Virus record (IMG/VR): IMGVR_UViG_3300017917_002441
Location: 1-64,000 of that record
Source: a virus
Reading direction: 5' to 3' (one strand)
DNA: 64,000 bases
This document shows, piece by piece, positions 10,270 to 19,986 of this stretch. A model generated the notes under the pieces. It did no database searches. It had not been told where the DNA came from and worked only from the letters and a program-made list of their open reading frames with translations. The translations under genes and the position numbers were made by a program. Numbering within the stretch: the stretch's first letter is position 1; each line of letters opens with the position of its first letter.

Positions 10270-10641
10270 ATGCGAGCTTGCGAGTTTATCACCGAAGCCC
10301 GTGAAGGTAAATTAAGCAAACGCCTGCAGGCAGCTACTCGCGGCCTTAATACATTCTCTGATGGTGAAAAGTGGAATACTGATTACACTCTTAACCGTGT
10401 GATGATGGCAGTAGCTTGCACAGACGGATCATTTGTTCCTGACATTGACTGGAAAAGCTGGATAGGCAAATCCAAGTCTGCACATCCTTATACCAAAGAA
10501 GAGCAAGAAATGCTAAAAATGGCTTACAAGGCTGCTAATGCCAAGTGGGATGATACAAACCACGGCGACATGGACAGCGAAGAACATCCAGCAGTGAACA
10601 AAGAAAGCCCGGTCAAAGCATTCAAAGGATATCCAAGATGA
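10270..10641 (+). CDS. Putative internal protein, paralog A
   Basis: Starts MRACEFITE-A; ends SPVKAFKGYPR. Confidence 0.65.
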   Translation: MRACEFITEAREGKLSKRLQAATRGLNTFSDGEKWNTDYTLNRVMMAVACTDGSFVPDIDWKSWIGKSKSAHPYTKEEQEMLKMAYKAANAKWDDTNHGDMDSEEHPAVNKESPVKAFKGYPR

Positions 10642-11024
10642 GAGCTCGAGATTTTATCAAAGAAGAGAAAAATCTTCCAGTTGAAATCTCCGCGCCGCTA
10701 AGGCAGACGTATGTTGTGCCAGGACTCAGTGCCGCTGATCCTTACAACAATTATAGATTTGGTGTAGCAATTGCTAGAGCTAGAAGTGATTATCGTAAAA
10801 ACGACGTCAATCCACACATGCCAAACTGGAGCCCAGAAACAGCGTTTGGTGAACACGGTGTAGTTGTAGGTATGAACGCAGGTATTCAGCCTGTGATTGA
10901 TGCGGCATTGAAAATGACTGGCACCAAGGGCGGTAAAAGAATAGTATCAACTCCAGACAGCGATGAGCCTGAATTTGTTGAAAAGAAAAGCCCAGTAAAA
11001 GGCTTCAAAGGATATCCAAGATGA
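10638..11024 (+). CDS. Putative internal protein, paralog B
   Basis: Starts MRARDFIKE-E; ends SPVKGFKGYPR. Confidence 0.65.
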   Translation: MRARDFIKEEKNLPVEISAPLRQTYVVPGLSAADPYNNYRFGVAIARARSDYRKNDVNPHMPNWSPETAFGEHGVVVGMNAGIQPVIDAALKMTGTKGGKRIVSTPDSDEPEFVEKKSPVKGFKGYPR

Positions 11025-11455
11025 AAAAAGTATTAGCAATATTAATGTTGTTGCCAGCATTGGCAATGGCACAAAAAACACCACAAGGTGTCGTGTACGA
11101 TGCACAAATAGTGAGGGTCAACGATGGCGACACTGTTGTCATTGCCGCTCCCTTTCTGCCCGCACCACTCAAGCCCGAACTCGCGGTCCGAGTGTACGGA
11201 GTTGATACCCCAGAAAAAGGATTCCGCGCTCAGTGCCCTAGCGAAGATGCCAGAGGAAAAGCCGCCTCAGAATTCACTAAAAATGCAGTTAACGCCTCAA
11301 CTCAACGTCAAGTCGTTCTCTATTCATGGGATAAGTTCGGCGGTCGTGTACTGGGAGACATCATTCTAAACGGCCAAAGTCTACGTGCTATGTTAATCGC
11401 CAATGGTTTTGCTCGTGAATATTATGGCGACGCAAAACAAAGCTGGTGCCATTGA
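11021..11455 (+). CDS. Thermonuclease (SNase-like) with signal peptide
   Basis: DGDT, VRVYGVDTPE and DKFGGRVL motifs; N-terminal MKKVLAILMLLPALAMA. Confidence 0.9.
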   Translation: MKKVLAILMLLPALAMAQKTPQGVVYDAQIVRVNDGDTVVIAAPFLPAPLKPELAVRVYGVDTPEKGFRAQCPSEDARGKAASEFTKNAVNASTQRQVVLYSWDKFGGRVLGDIILNGQSLRAMLIANGFAREYYGDAKQSWCH

Positions 11456-11494
11456 ACTTAGAAGACTAGTGTAAAGCTGGTTAAATAACCAGCT

Positions 11495-12622
11495 ATGACA
11501 AACTTCTATTGTGCCGCTCCTTGGCGCGGCTTACACATAAATCCCCGTGGTGATGTAAAAACCTGCTGTGCTGGTGATCCCAACATGCTGGGCAATCTCA
11601 ACGAACAAAGTATTGAACAAATTTTACATGGCCCAGTTATGCGCGAAATACGTCAAAGTATTCGCCAAGGTAAGCCACACCAATATTGCTACAACTGTGT
11701 GCAAGCCGAACGTTACGGTCGCAGTGAGCGCGATTGGCACAACAACGTAAGCCCAGAATTTGATCCTGCCACAGCAGCCGACGATGAGCATATTCCTACA
11801 CTGATTGATGTGCGTTGGAATATCACTTGTAATCTTAGCTGTAACTACTGTGGTGACAAATGCTCAAGCAAGTGGGCCGCACTTAAACACATACCTTTTA
11901 AGTCTGGGGCTAGACCATACTATGAACAAGTGTGCGATTACCTAGAGCAACACCAACCCAACATACGTGAAGTAGCACTTGTAGGCGGTGAACCTCTGTT
12001 GTTGCCTGAGAACGAACGACTACTTGATGTACTGCCTGACAATTGTATTGTTACACTAATAACCAACGTGTCAGTTGATTTAACTAACAACAAAATTTTT
12101 GAAAAACTAAAAACACGCAATCAAGTTGGTTGGAGTCTTAGTTTTGACAATATTGATCAACGTTTTGAATATGTTCGTCATGGCGGTCGTTGGAGCCTTG
12201 TGCAACAGAACTTAGATATACTACGACCATATATGGAAAGCCGGCAACACTGGGGTGGAATTCACGCTGTGTATAATTTGTACAATGCCACAAGGTTAGT
12301 TGAGCTTACTGAATTTGCAAGAAGCCGTGGACTAACAATACATTGGCAAAGTTTGTACCAACCTGAGTGTTTAGATCCTACTCGTCTTGGCAACACTGTG
12401 TTGGCCATGGCACAAGATGAGATAACCAAGCTGTTGGATATGAACATTTGTTTAGACAACGAGCGACAGTTTTTTCAAAATGTGCTGGCAGGATTCAACG
12501 CCAAAGATGATCTAGGATCACAGTTCCGTGAACACATTCAAGACATTGAAACAAAGTATCACACAGATCAGCACGGTAAATTTCAAGAGTTGTGGCCCGA
12601 GTTAGGATTCTTATGCCAATGA
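11495..12622 (+). CDS. Radical SAM protein with N-terminal twitch/SPASM-like domain
   Basis: CNLSCNYC and GGEP; N-terminal CAAPW..CC..CYNC. Confidence 0.88.
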   Translation: MTNFYCAAPWRGLHINPRGDVKTCCAGDPNMLGNLNEQSIEQILHGPVMREIRQSIRQGKPHQYCYNCVQAERYGRSERDWHNNVSPEFDPATAADDEHIPTLIDVRWNITCNLSCNYCGDKCSSKWAALKHIPFKSGARPYYEQVCDYLEQHQPNIREVALVGGEPLLLPENERLLDVLPDNCIVTLITNVSVDLTNNKIFEKLKTRNQVGWSLSFDNIDQRFEYVRHGGRWSLVQQNLDILRPYMESRQHWGGIHAVYNLYNATRLVELTEFARSRGLTIHWQSLYQPECLDPTRLGNTVLAMAQDEITKLLDMNICLDNERQFFQNVLAGFNAKDDLGSQFREHIQDIETKYHTDQHGKFQELWPELGFLCQ

Positions 12623-13377
12623 TTTTTGAAAATCCCCCAGTGCATTTTGGCATATATTATGCCAATCAAACACTGCGCTGGTTACCAACTGACACTGAGG
12701 AAAGCTACAACAAATTAATTCAAGACCCCAAACATCTTGAGTACTTTCGCAATCTGGGCTGGGATCATCCAGATGCAATAACTTATAAATTAAACAACTA
12801 CGGTTACCGTGCTGATGAATTTGATGACCAACCTTGTGTTGTTGCATTGGGCTGTAGTTATACAGTGGGGATTGGATTACCAGATCAAACTACTTGGGCA
12901 AGACAAGTAGCAACAAAAATGGGATTAAAATGTGCCAATTTGGCCTGGGGTGGATACAGTACCGATACATGTTATAGAATAGCTGAGTACTGGATTCCTC
13001 GCCTGAATGTCAAATATGTTTGCATGTTGGCGCCTCCAAGATCTAGGGTTGAGTTACTGTTAGACCCTGCAATAAACATGCAACTGCCAGTAGAAATATT
13101 CTTGCCTCAAGGCACAGGCGATATGTTTGATTACAATGATTTATTTTTAAAACACTGGTTTTTAAACGAAGAAAACGCCAAGATAAATCAGCGAAAGAAT
13201 ATCCGAGCTATACAAAATTTGTGTACAGAATTAAACATACCTTGCACTGTTTACACTGCCGACGAGTACATGTCTCAAAGTCGTGAGGAAATAGGTTATG
13301 CTAGAGATTACATGCATGGCGGTCCAAAGATACATAATATATTAACAGAAAAGTTCTTAGATGGTTATAAAGAGTAG
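12613..13377 (+). CDS. SGNH/GDSL-like hydrolase or acyltransferase
   Basis: LGCSYT, NLAWGG and C-terminal D..HGG...H. Confidence 0.55.
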   Translation: MPMIFENPPVHFGIYYANQTLRWLPTDTEESYNKLIQDPKHLEYFRNLGWDHPDAITYKLNNYGYRADEFDDQPCVVALGCSYTVGIGLPDQTTWARQVATKMGLKCANLAWGGYSTDTCYRIAEYWIPRLNVKYVCMLAPPRSRVELLLDPAINMQLPVEIFLPQGTGDMFDYNDLFLKHWFLNEENAKINQRKNIRAIQNLCTELNIPCTVYTADEYMSQSREEIGYARDYMHGGPKIHNILTEKFLDGYKE

Positions 13378-14941
13378 TTTAGAAACAGTACTAGTTAAAT
13401 CTCCTTACCGGAGAGAAACCTACACCGAGCACGAGCTTCAAGAGTTTGCTCTCTGTGCAGACCCTGTCACGGGTCCTATGTACTTTATGGACAACTTTTT
13501 CTACATCCAGCATCCCACACGTGGTAAAATGTTGTATCACCCGTTTGGGTATCAAAAGAAGCTGATTGAAACTTATCACAACTATAGATATTCAATTAGT
13601 TTGATGCCACGACAAACTGGTAAGTCAACCAGTGCCGCAGGTTACTTGTTGTGGTATGCTATGTTTGTGCCCGACTCAACAATTTTAATTGCCGCGCACA
13701 AATATACTGGTGCTCAGGAAATTATGCAACGTATTCGTTTTGCATACGAACTATGCCCTAATCATATTCGTGCTGGTTGCACCAGTTACAACAAAGGCTC
13801 GCTGGAGTTTGAAAACGGCAGTCGTATTGTATCAGCTACCACAACTGAAAACACTGGTCGTGGTATGTCTATCTCTCTTCTATACGCTGACGAATTTGCG
13901 TTTGTGCGACCCACAATTGCCACAGAGTTTTGGACTTCTATTAGTCCTACATTGGCCACAGGTGGTAAGGCAATTATTACTAGTACACCTAACTCAGACG
14001 AGGACAAGTTTGCTGAAATTTGGAAATTAGCAAACAAATGTGAAGATGAATTTGGTAACCCTACTGTGCTGGGTCGTAATGGATTTAAAGCCTATCGTGC
14101 TTACTGGAATGAGCATCCTGACCGAGATGAAAAGTGGGCCGCTGAACAACGAGCACAGCTAGGTGAAGAACGTTTCCGTCGAGAAATGGACTGTGAATTC
14201 GTTATCAACGACGAAACGCTGATCAGTCCAGTCAAGCTATTGGACCTTGAAGGTATTGAGCCAGTTAAAAAGACTGGACAAGTTCGTTGGTATCGTAATC
14301 CCCGCCCTGGCGAAATGTACATTGTGGCCCTGGATCCTAGCTTGGGCACCGGCGGAGACCCTGCTGCCATACAAGTGTTTGAAGCACGTACCACAGAACA
14401 AGTGGCCGAGTGGCGTCACAACAAAACTGACATACCTACGCAGATTCGCATCATGGCGGACATAATCAAAGAACTCAACTCAGTGGTCAACGATTCAAAG
14501 AGCATTTACTACAGTGTAGAAAACAACACCATTGGTGAAGCGGCTTTGATCTCAATTGCTGAATATGGGGAAGAAAACATACCCGGTTACTTTCTCAGTG
14601 ATAACAGTGTGATAAACGGTGTAGGACGCAAATTCCGCAAAGGCTTTAACACCACAAACAAAGCCAAAATCACAGCATGCAACAAGTTTAAAATTTTGGT
14701 GGAAAGCGGGCGTATGCAAATACGCTCAAAACCCTTGGTGTCTGAACTTAAAACATTTGTTGCCAATGGCACTAGCTATGCGGCAAAACCTGGGGAAACT
14801 GATGATTTGGTAATGAGTACGTTGTTGGCTGTGCGTATGCTGATGTTGTTACAAACATACCATGCTGAACTAGATGCACACCTTAAAGATCACTCAGACA
14901 ACATCATTGAGCCCATGCCCTTCATTTCTATAATGCGCTAA
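13361..14941 (+). CDS. terL: Terminase large subunit (gp17-like)
   Basis: PRQTGKS Walker A, YADEFAF Walker B, ITSTPN, LDPS.G.GGD and DDLVMS. Confidence 0.96.
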   Translation: MVIKSSLETVLVKSPYRRETYTEHELQEFALCADPVTGPMYFMDNFFYIQHPTRGKMLYHPFGYQKKLIETYHNYRYSISLMPRQTGKSTSAAGYLLWYAMFVPDSTILIAAHKYTGAQEIMQRIRFAYELCPNHIRAGCTSYNKGSLEFENGSRIVSATTTENTGRGMSISLLYADEFAFVRPTIATEFWTSISPTLATGGKAIITSTPNSDEDKFAEIWKLANKCEDEFGNPTVLGRNGFKAYRAYWNEHPDRDEKWAAEQRAQLGEERFRREMDCEFVINDETLISPVKLLDLEGIEPVKKTGQVRWYRNPRPGEMYIVALDPSLGTGGDPAAIQVFEARTTEQVAEWRHNKTDIPTQIRIMADIIKELNSVVNDSKSIYYSVENNTIGEAALISIAEYGEENIPGYFLSDNSVINGVGRKFRKGFNTTNKAKITACNKFKILVESGRMQIRSKPLVSELKTFVANGTSYAAKPGETDDLVMSTLLAVRMLMLLQTYHAELDAHLKDHSDNIIEPMPFISIMR

Positions 14942-14951
14942 ATACACTACC

Positions 14952-16787
14952 ATGGCAAAAGATAACTCAATTTCACAAGATTTATATGATTTGTTGACTA
15001 CAGCAAATTTTGACCCCGAAGTTGCCGACGAACGAGGCAATGAAGTCCAACCCAACGAAGGCTCTGTGTACAGTTTTGACTGGGTAAGCGACTCAGGTAA
15101 AAACTACGGTACTGCTGTGGCAGTGATCACAGACGACAATGACTTGCAGTTTTTCTTTGGTGACAATCTTGGCAGAGGCATGGAAGAGCCTGACAAGACT
15201 GAATGGTATCAATTCATGGAGCAACTTAGTAATTTTGCTGCCAGGCACAGATACACCTGGAGTCCAAAGAACTTAAACCAACTCAAGCACACCATGGCTG
15301 GCATGGCAGCCATTAAAGAAGGTTTGTTTGAGGGATATTATGGCACACGTCGCAAGAGCTACATGGGCGAAGAGACTACAGCACGTCTGGTGATCAATCA
15401 TAATAGAATCATTGGCGAAAACGACAAACGTTATCGATATGTGGAAAGTTTGTTTATTGAAACAGCAGATGGCGAATGTTTCAAACTGCCATTTAAGAAT
15501 TTAGGTGGCGGCAAAGCCATGCTAGAACATGTGCGTCAAGGCGGACGTCCTTATGATGTACGTGGCTCACACATTGCTGAACTGGTGAGTGAAATGGCAG
15601 TGTTGACTCGTTTTAACCGTGCCCGTCAAGGTCGTGTGTTTGAAGGCGTCACCCAAGAGTTAGTGGAGCAAGCCGAACATTACTATCGCAGCCTTCAAGA
15701 AAATTTAAAACACATGGCCACGGGCCGTGGCTATCAACGATATTTTGAATCATGGAGCCCGGCAGACATCACTGCTGAAGAAGCCCTGGTAGAAGATCTC
15801 AAAACTTTATTCATTGAACAAACACTGGATCAACGAATTGAAGCCGCATTACCTACCTTGGCAAAAATACAAAAAAGAGAGTCCAGTATGAAAGAAGCAG
15901 ATATATTTGAAAGTTGGGTAGAGCGTTTGGCCGAAGGCACTTGGGCGTTACCAGATAACCCTGAAGCACAAACCAAACTCAATGAGTTAATGAGTAAAGA
16001 ACTTATTGTTGGCCCAGATGCCACTAATGCCACAGAACAACTTTATGACGTTGTAGGCGACGATCAACTGTTTGACATCCTACAAGATTTAGCCAAACGT
16101 GACCCACGTGCCAATATCTGGGACGACACTGACGTACAACAGCGTTTGCAAGAATTAGGCATTCAGTTAAACACCACACCCCAAGCTGATGAACAGCCTC
16201 CAGTGGTACCAGCAGCCGGTACTGAAGCACCTGTGCCTCCCGAGCAAGGTGTGGCAGAAGGCATGCTTGACAATCCCGGAGAGCCGGACAGCCCTGTGGC
16301 ACAAGCTATCATTCGTCGTATCCTACTACAGCGAACAGACTTGTTGGCCAAATATGGTCCTGAACTAGTGGGCAGTGCAGTTGACGAAGTAGCTGACTAC
16401 GTAGGTGATGTAGACGAAATTGGCAGCAGTGACGTCAGTGGTTGGGTGCGTCAAGTTGAGCGTATGCTCAGTGAAAACCCACCTGAAGCATTTGGTGAAG
16501 GAGCCAAAGAGTCTCCTGAGTCAGAAATTGAGCGATTAAAGCTACGTCAAAATGCCGAGCATGGCCGAGCACCACTCAAGCGCCAAGCTGAAACTCAAGC
16601 ACGTATCCGTGAATTGGAAAAACAGATCAAAAGCAAGAAGGGTGTAGAAGAAGGACAAGATGCCTTTGTCAACAAGCACAAAGAAGATCCCATCAACTAC
16701 AACGCATCCATAACCGGAAGCTACTACGAGTCAACTGATCCTTTGGCAAGAATAAAATCTTTGGCTTTTGCCAATCGACATAAATAA
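14952..16787 (+). CDS. Large acidic late protein, possibly head/core associated
   Basis: TAAATA upstream; multiple X-X-E-G sites; C-terminal LARIKSLA. Confidence 0.6.
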   Translation: MAKDNSISQDLYDLLTTANFDPEVADERGNEVQPNEGSVYSFDWVSDSGKNYGTAVAVITDDNDLQFFFGDNLGRGMEEPDKTEWYQFMEQLSNFAARHRYTWSPKNLNQLKHTMAGMAAIKEGLFEGYYGTRRKSYMGEETTARLVINHNRIIGENDKRYRYVESLFIETADGECFKLPFKNLGGGKAMLEHVRQGGRPYDVRGSHIAELVSEMAVLTRFNRARQGRVFEGVTQELVEQAEHYYRSLQENLKHMATGRGYQRYFESWSPADITAEEALVEDLKTLFIEQTLDQRIEAALPTLAKIQKRESSMKEADIFESWVERLAEGTWALPDNPEAQTKLNELMSKELIVGPDATNATEQLYDVVGDDQLFDILQDLAKRDPRANIWDDTDVQQRLQELGIQLNTTPQADEQPPVVPAAGTEAPVPPEQGVAEGMLDNPGEPDSPVAQAIIRRILLQRTDLLAKYGPELVGSAVDEVADYVGDVDEIGSSDVSGWVRQVERMLSENPPEAFGEGAKESPESEIERLKLRQNAEHGRAPLKRQAETQARIRELEKQIKSKKGVEEGQDAFVNKHKEDPINYNASITGSYYESTDPLARIKSLAFANRHK

Positions 16788-16789
16788 AC

Positions 16790-16818
16790 TTGACACAGTA
16801 GGAAACAACGCATATACT
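16790..16818 (+). promoter_or_regulatory. Sigma70 promoter of the SSB gene
   Basis: TTGACA-N17-TATACT. Confidence 0.8.
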
Positions 16819-16839
16819 ATGTCTGTGTATGCGTTTTTT
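16807..16839 (+). terminator. Intrinsic terminator overlapping the -10 box
   Basis: AACGCATATAC/GTGTATGCGTT stem followed by a T run. Confidence 0.6.
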
Positions 16840-16916
16840 ACATTGTGTCACAGGCAACGTAATCTAAATTTTTAGATAGGCAACACACATAGGCAACTTT
16901 TTAAGGAGAAACAACT

Positions 16917-17927
16917 ATGGCATCTTTAGCAGAAATTCGAGCACGACTACAGGCAGCAGAAGGCAATAAAAACAAAGAAAGTACAGGCGGTGATAACTCG
17001 ATCTACCCGCACTGGAACATGGAAGAAGGTCAATCTGCAACAATCCGTTTCCTTCCAGACGGTAACTCCAAAAATACTTTTTTCTGGCAAGAACGAGCAA
17101 TGATTCGTTTGCCCTTCAATGGCGTCAAAGGCGAAATGGAGAGCAAGCAAGTTTATGTTCAAGTGCCTTGCGTGGAAATGTGGGGCGAAACTTGCCCTGT
17201 GCTAACCGAAGTGCGTACATGGTTCAAGGACAAGAGCCTTGAAGAAATGGGTCGTAAGTACTGGAAGAAGCGTAGTTACATCTTCCAAGGTTTTGTACGT
17301 GAAAACCCACTAGGCGAAGACAAGACCCCAGAAAACCCAATCCGTCGATTCATCATTGGTCCTCAGATTTTTACAATCATCAAATCAGCTTTGATGGATC
17401 CTGAGCTGGAAGAATTGCCAACTGACTTGATGCGCGGTTTGGACTTCCGTGTCAGCAAGACCAGCAAAGGTGGATTTGCTGACTACAGTAGCTCTAAGTG
17501 GGCACGTAAAGAGTCTGCACTGACAGAAGAAGAACAAGCCGCTATCGAAAAGCATGGTTTGTTTGACTTGAGCACTTTCCTGCCTAAGAAGCCTACTGAC
17601 GTTGAGCTCCGGGTCATCAAGGAAATGTTTGAAGCGTCAGTTGACGGACAAGCATACGATGTCGAGCGTTGGGGACAGTACTATCGTCCAGCTGGCGTGC
17701 AAGCACCAGCTGGTACTGCAAGTGGTGCCGCACACGACGATGAGGATGCCCCGGCAGCCAAACCAGCTGTGGTAGCTAAACCTGCCCCAGCACCGGCAGC
17801 TACCACATCGCCCTTTGAGGATGACGAAGACACACCAACTGCTTCGGCACCAGTGGCCGCGGCCAAGCCAGCGGCACAAAATGCTCAAGACATTTTGGCA
17901 ATGATTCGTAGTCGCCAAAAGCAGTAA
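16917..17927 (+). CDS. ssDNA-binding protein (gp32-like)
   Basis: IRFLP, CPV, YWKKRSY, G.DF...K..KGG.ADY.SS; A/P/acidic tail. Confidence 0.88.
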   Translation: MASLAEIRARLQAAEGNKNKESTGGDNSIYPHWNMEEGQSATIRFLPDGNSKNTFFWQERAMIRLPFNGVKGEMESKQVYVQVPCVEMWGETCPVLTEVRTWFKDKSLEEMGRKYWKKRSYIFQGFVRENPLGEDKTPENPIRRFIIGPQIFTIIKSALMDPELEELPTDLMRGLDFRVSKTSKGGFADYSSSKWARKESALTEEEQAAIEKHGLFDLSTFLPKKPTDVELRVIKEMFEASVDGQAYDVERWGQYYRPAGVQAPAGTASGAAHDDEDAPAAKPAVVAKPAPAPAATTSPFEDDEDTPTASAPVAAAKPAAQNAQDILAMIRSRQKQ

Positions 17928-17937
17928 ACACTGCGGA

Positions 17938-18456
17938 ATGAGCAGTTGCTTTTATAAAGCAGATCAATGGGCTTACACACGTAAGCTCATTGATTCACTT
18001 GTGCCCCTTCAAAAAGAATTTGCTAGATATCCAAGTATTTTTTATCGCGACCACGGTGAACAGAAGATACAAGTTACGGGATCTTGGCAACATATTTCCT
18101 TTTTGAGACGGGGCAATCTTCGTTATGTTAACTGTGCATTGTTTCCTACAGTTAGAAAATTGCTAACGGAAATTCCAATATATGATAACTGTTTGATCAG
18201 CATCATTGGACCCAACGCCTTTATTGGTAAACACCCAGGACACAGCAATCGTCACTTGCGAGTTCATTTGTGTTTGGAAACTGCGGGCGGCGCATACATG
18301 CGCATTGGTGATGAGAGTCAAGAGTGGAAAACTGGCGAAGTTATGATATTTCAAGACAGCAAAGTTCATGAAGTAATTAATACTTCTCGGCATCCACGAA
18401 CAGTACTATTGTTTGATATTAAACGAGAGGATTATTTTGATAATCTCACAAAATAA
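17938..18456 (+). CDS. Aspartyl/asparaginyl beta-hydroxylase family 2OG-Fe(II) oxygenase
   Basis: LRVHLCL, W..GE..IFQDS..HEV.N...PR.VLLFD. Confidence 0.82.
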   Translation: MSSCFYKADQWAYTRKLIDSLVPLQKEFARYPSIFYRDHGEQKIQVTGSWQHISFLRRGNLRYVNCALFPTVRKLLTEIPIYDNCLISIIGPNAFIGKHPGHSNRHLRVHLCLETAGGAYMRIGDESQEWKTGEVMIFQDSKVHEVINTSRHPRTVLLFDIKREDYFDNLTK

Positions 18457-19030
18457 AAATCTAGCTGTGGTATCGTTTGACACTGCCACTTATCAAGACT
18501 TACAATTTTTTATCAGCGAGCATGCAGGCTACGCACTAGAACGAATAGATCCTTACGACTTTTTGAGTGAGACTCCAGCCACAGATAAGTCTTACATCAA
18601 TTTGATAATCAAAGATTTTGAACTTAGAAAAACAGTCACCAATTATTTTGATGAGTTTAGAGTTGATCGATTCTCAATGTTACATGATCAATCCCATCAT
18701 GTACATGCATCAGTTGGCCCTGGATGTGTTGTATATCCCATGGCAACGTTATACCCGCACTCTAAATTACAAAAAGACGTAATAGTTCATGCACAGACAT
18801 TGATTGCTCACAACTGTTACATTGGTACTGGTTGTTTTATCAGTGGCGGATGTACTGTAGCTGGCGGATCAGTGATCGGGGAATTTACTCAACTTGGTAT
18901 TGATGTATCAGTATATGATCAAATTGCAATACCCTCCAACAGCATTATTGGTGCCGCTAGTGTGGTTAGAAAATCCTTGACTGAGTCAGGCACATACAGC
19001 AGTGGACACAAGCTAATTAAAATACAATGA
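18413..19030 (+). CDS. Hexapeptide-repeat sugar acetyltransferase (NeuD/PglD-like); start uncertain
   Basis: IAHNCYIG, VIGEFTQLG and IIGAASVV hexapeptide repeats. Confidence 0.78.
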   Translation: MILNERIILIISQNKNLAVVSFDTATYQDLQFFISEHAGYALERIDPYDFLSETPATDKSYINLIIKDFELRKTVTNYFDEFRVDRFSMLHDQSHHVHASVGPGCVVYPMATLYPHSKLQKDVIVHAQTLIAHNCYIGTGCFISGGCTVAGGSVIGEFTQLGIDVSVYDQIAIPSNSIIGAASVVRKSLTESGTYSSGHKLIKIQ

Positions 19031-19986
19031 TATCACTTGTACCCTATGACAACATCTTCTTTAATCATACAAACTTACCTGACCAGGTAACGTTGGAAGA
19101 TCATCTCTGTGGGTTTGACCAATCACATCACAATACCTTGCTGTCCCATATTGATACTGTGGCCGCAAGACAACACAAACAAATACAGGTTAACTATCAC
19201 CAAATTTTAGAATCCTCGGTTACCAAAAAGTACAGTAACTTGGATATAAAATTTCAATTGCCGCATCATGTTAAACAGATGCTGTGGCAGTCATTTGCTG
19301 ACTACAATATTCATCCCAGTCTTGATTTCAAGAACTTTATTTGTAGCTTCAATGGTACACCTCATGTTGGAAGAAAGTTGTTGGTGTCGGCGCTGAAAAA
19401 ATTCAACTACTTTGACCCAGCGTATTGTAGCAAAAACTTTTCCCTTGCATCAGATATTTTAGATGGCCACATATCTGATTTTGTTGGAAAGCGTTCAAGT
19501 TTTTACAATAAATTTTTTGCCGTTGACGACAGCGATTTTCTCAACTCAGAGGTTGGATTTAAATACACACAGTACGATCATAAAAACAACATCTACAACT
19601 TAGAATCTCGCTTAACCAACAGTTTTTTGCATATTGTAAGTGAAAGCTTGGCCACTAGTTATGTTCCGTTTGTGACAGAAAAGTTTTTATACAGTGTTGT
19701 TACACGTGGATTGTTCTTAGCGTATGCACAGCCAGGTTGGCACCTGCATGTGGAGAAGTATTATGGATTCCGACGTTATACTCAACTGTTTGATTACCAG
19801 TTTGACACTATACAAAATCCAGTACATCGTTTGATAGAGTTATTAACCATGCTGTCAAAATTTGACAAACTAACACCAGCAGAGTGGCACGACTTATACT
19901 TGATGGAATCAGACACAATTGAATTCAACTACGACTGGTATTTTTCAAACAGTCACATCAAACAACTTGAAGCTTTCGCGGTTTGA
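19027..19986 (+). CDS. Putative glycosyltransferase, 'TEK' family paralog 1
   Basis: IVSES..FVTEK..GF..Y..FDY.FD motif shared with 20862 and 42207. Confidence 0.5.
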   Translation: MISLVPYDNIFFNHTNLPDQVTLEDHLCGFDQSHHNTLLSHIDTVAARQHKQIQVNYHQILESSVTKKYSNLDIKFQLPHHVKQMLWQSFADYNIHPSLDFKNFICSFNGTPHVGRKLLVSALKKFNYFDPAYCSKNFSLASDILDGHISDFVGKRSSFYNKFFAVDDSDFLNSEVGFKYTQYDHKNNIYNLESRLTNSFLHIVSESLATSYVPFVTEKFLYSVVTRGLFLAYAQPGWHLHVEKYYGFRRYTQLFDYQFDTIQNPVHRLIELLTMLSKFDKLTPAEWHDLYLMESDTIEFNYDWYFSNSHIKQLEAFAV

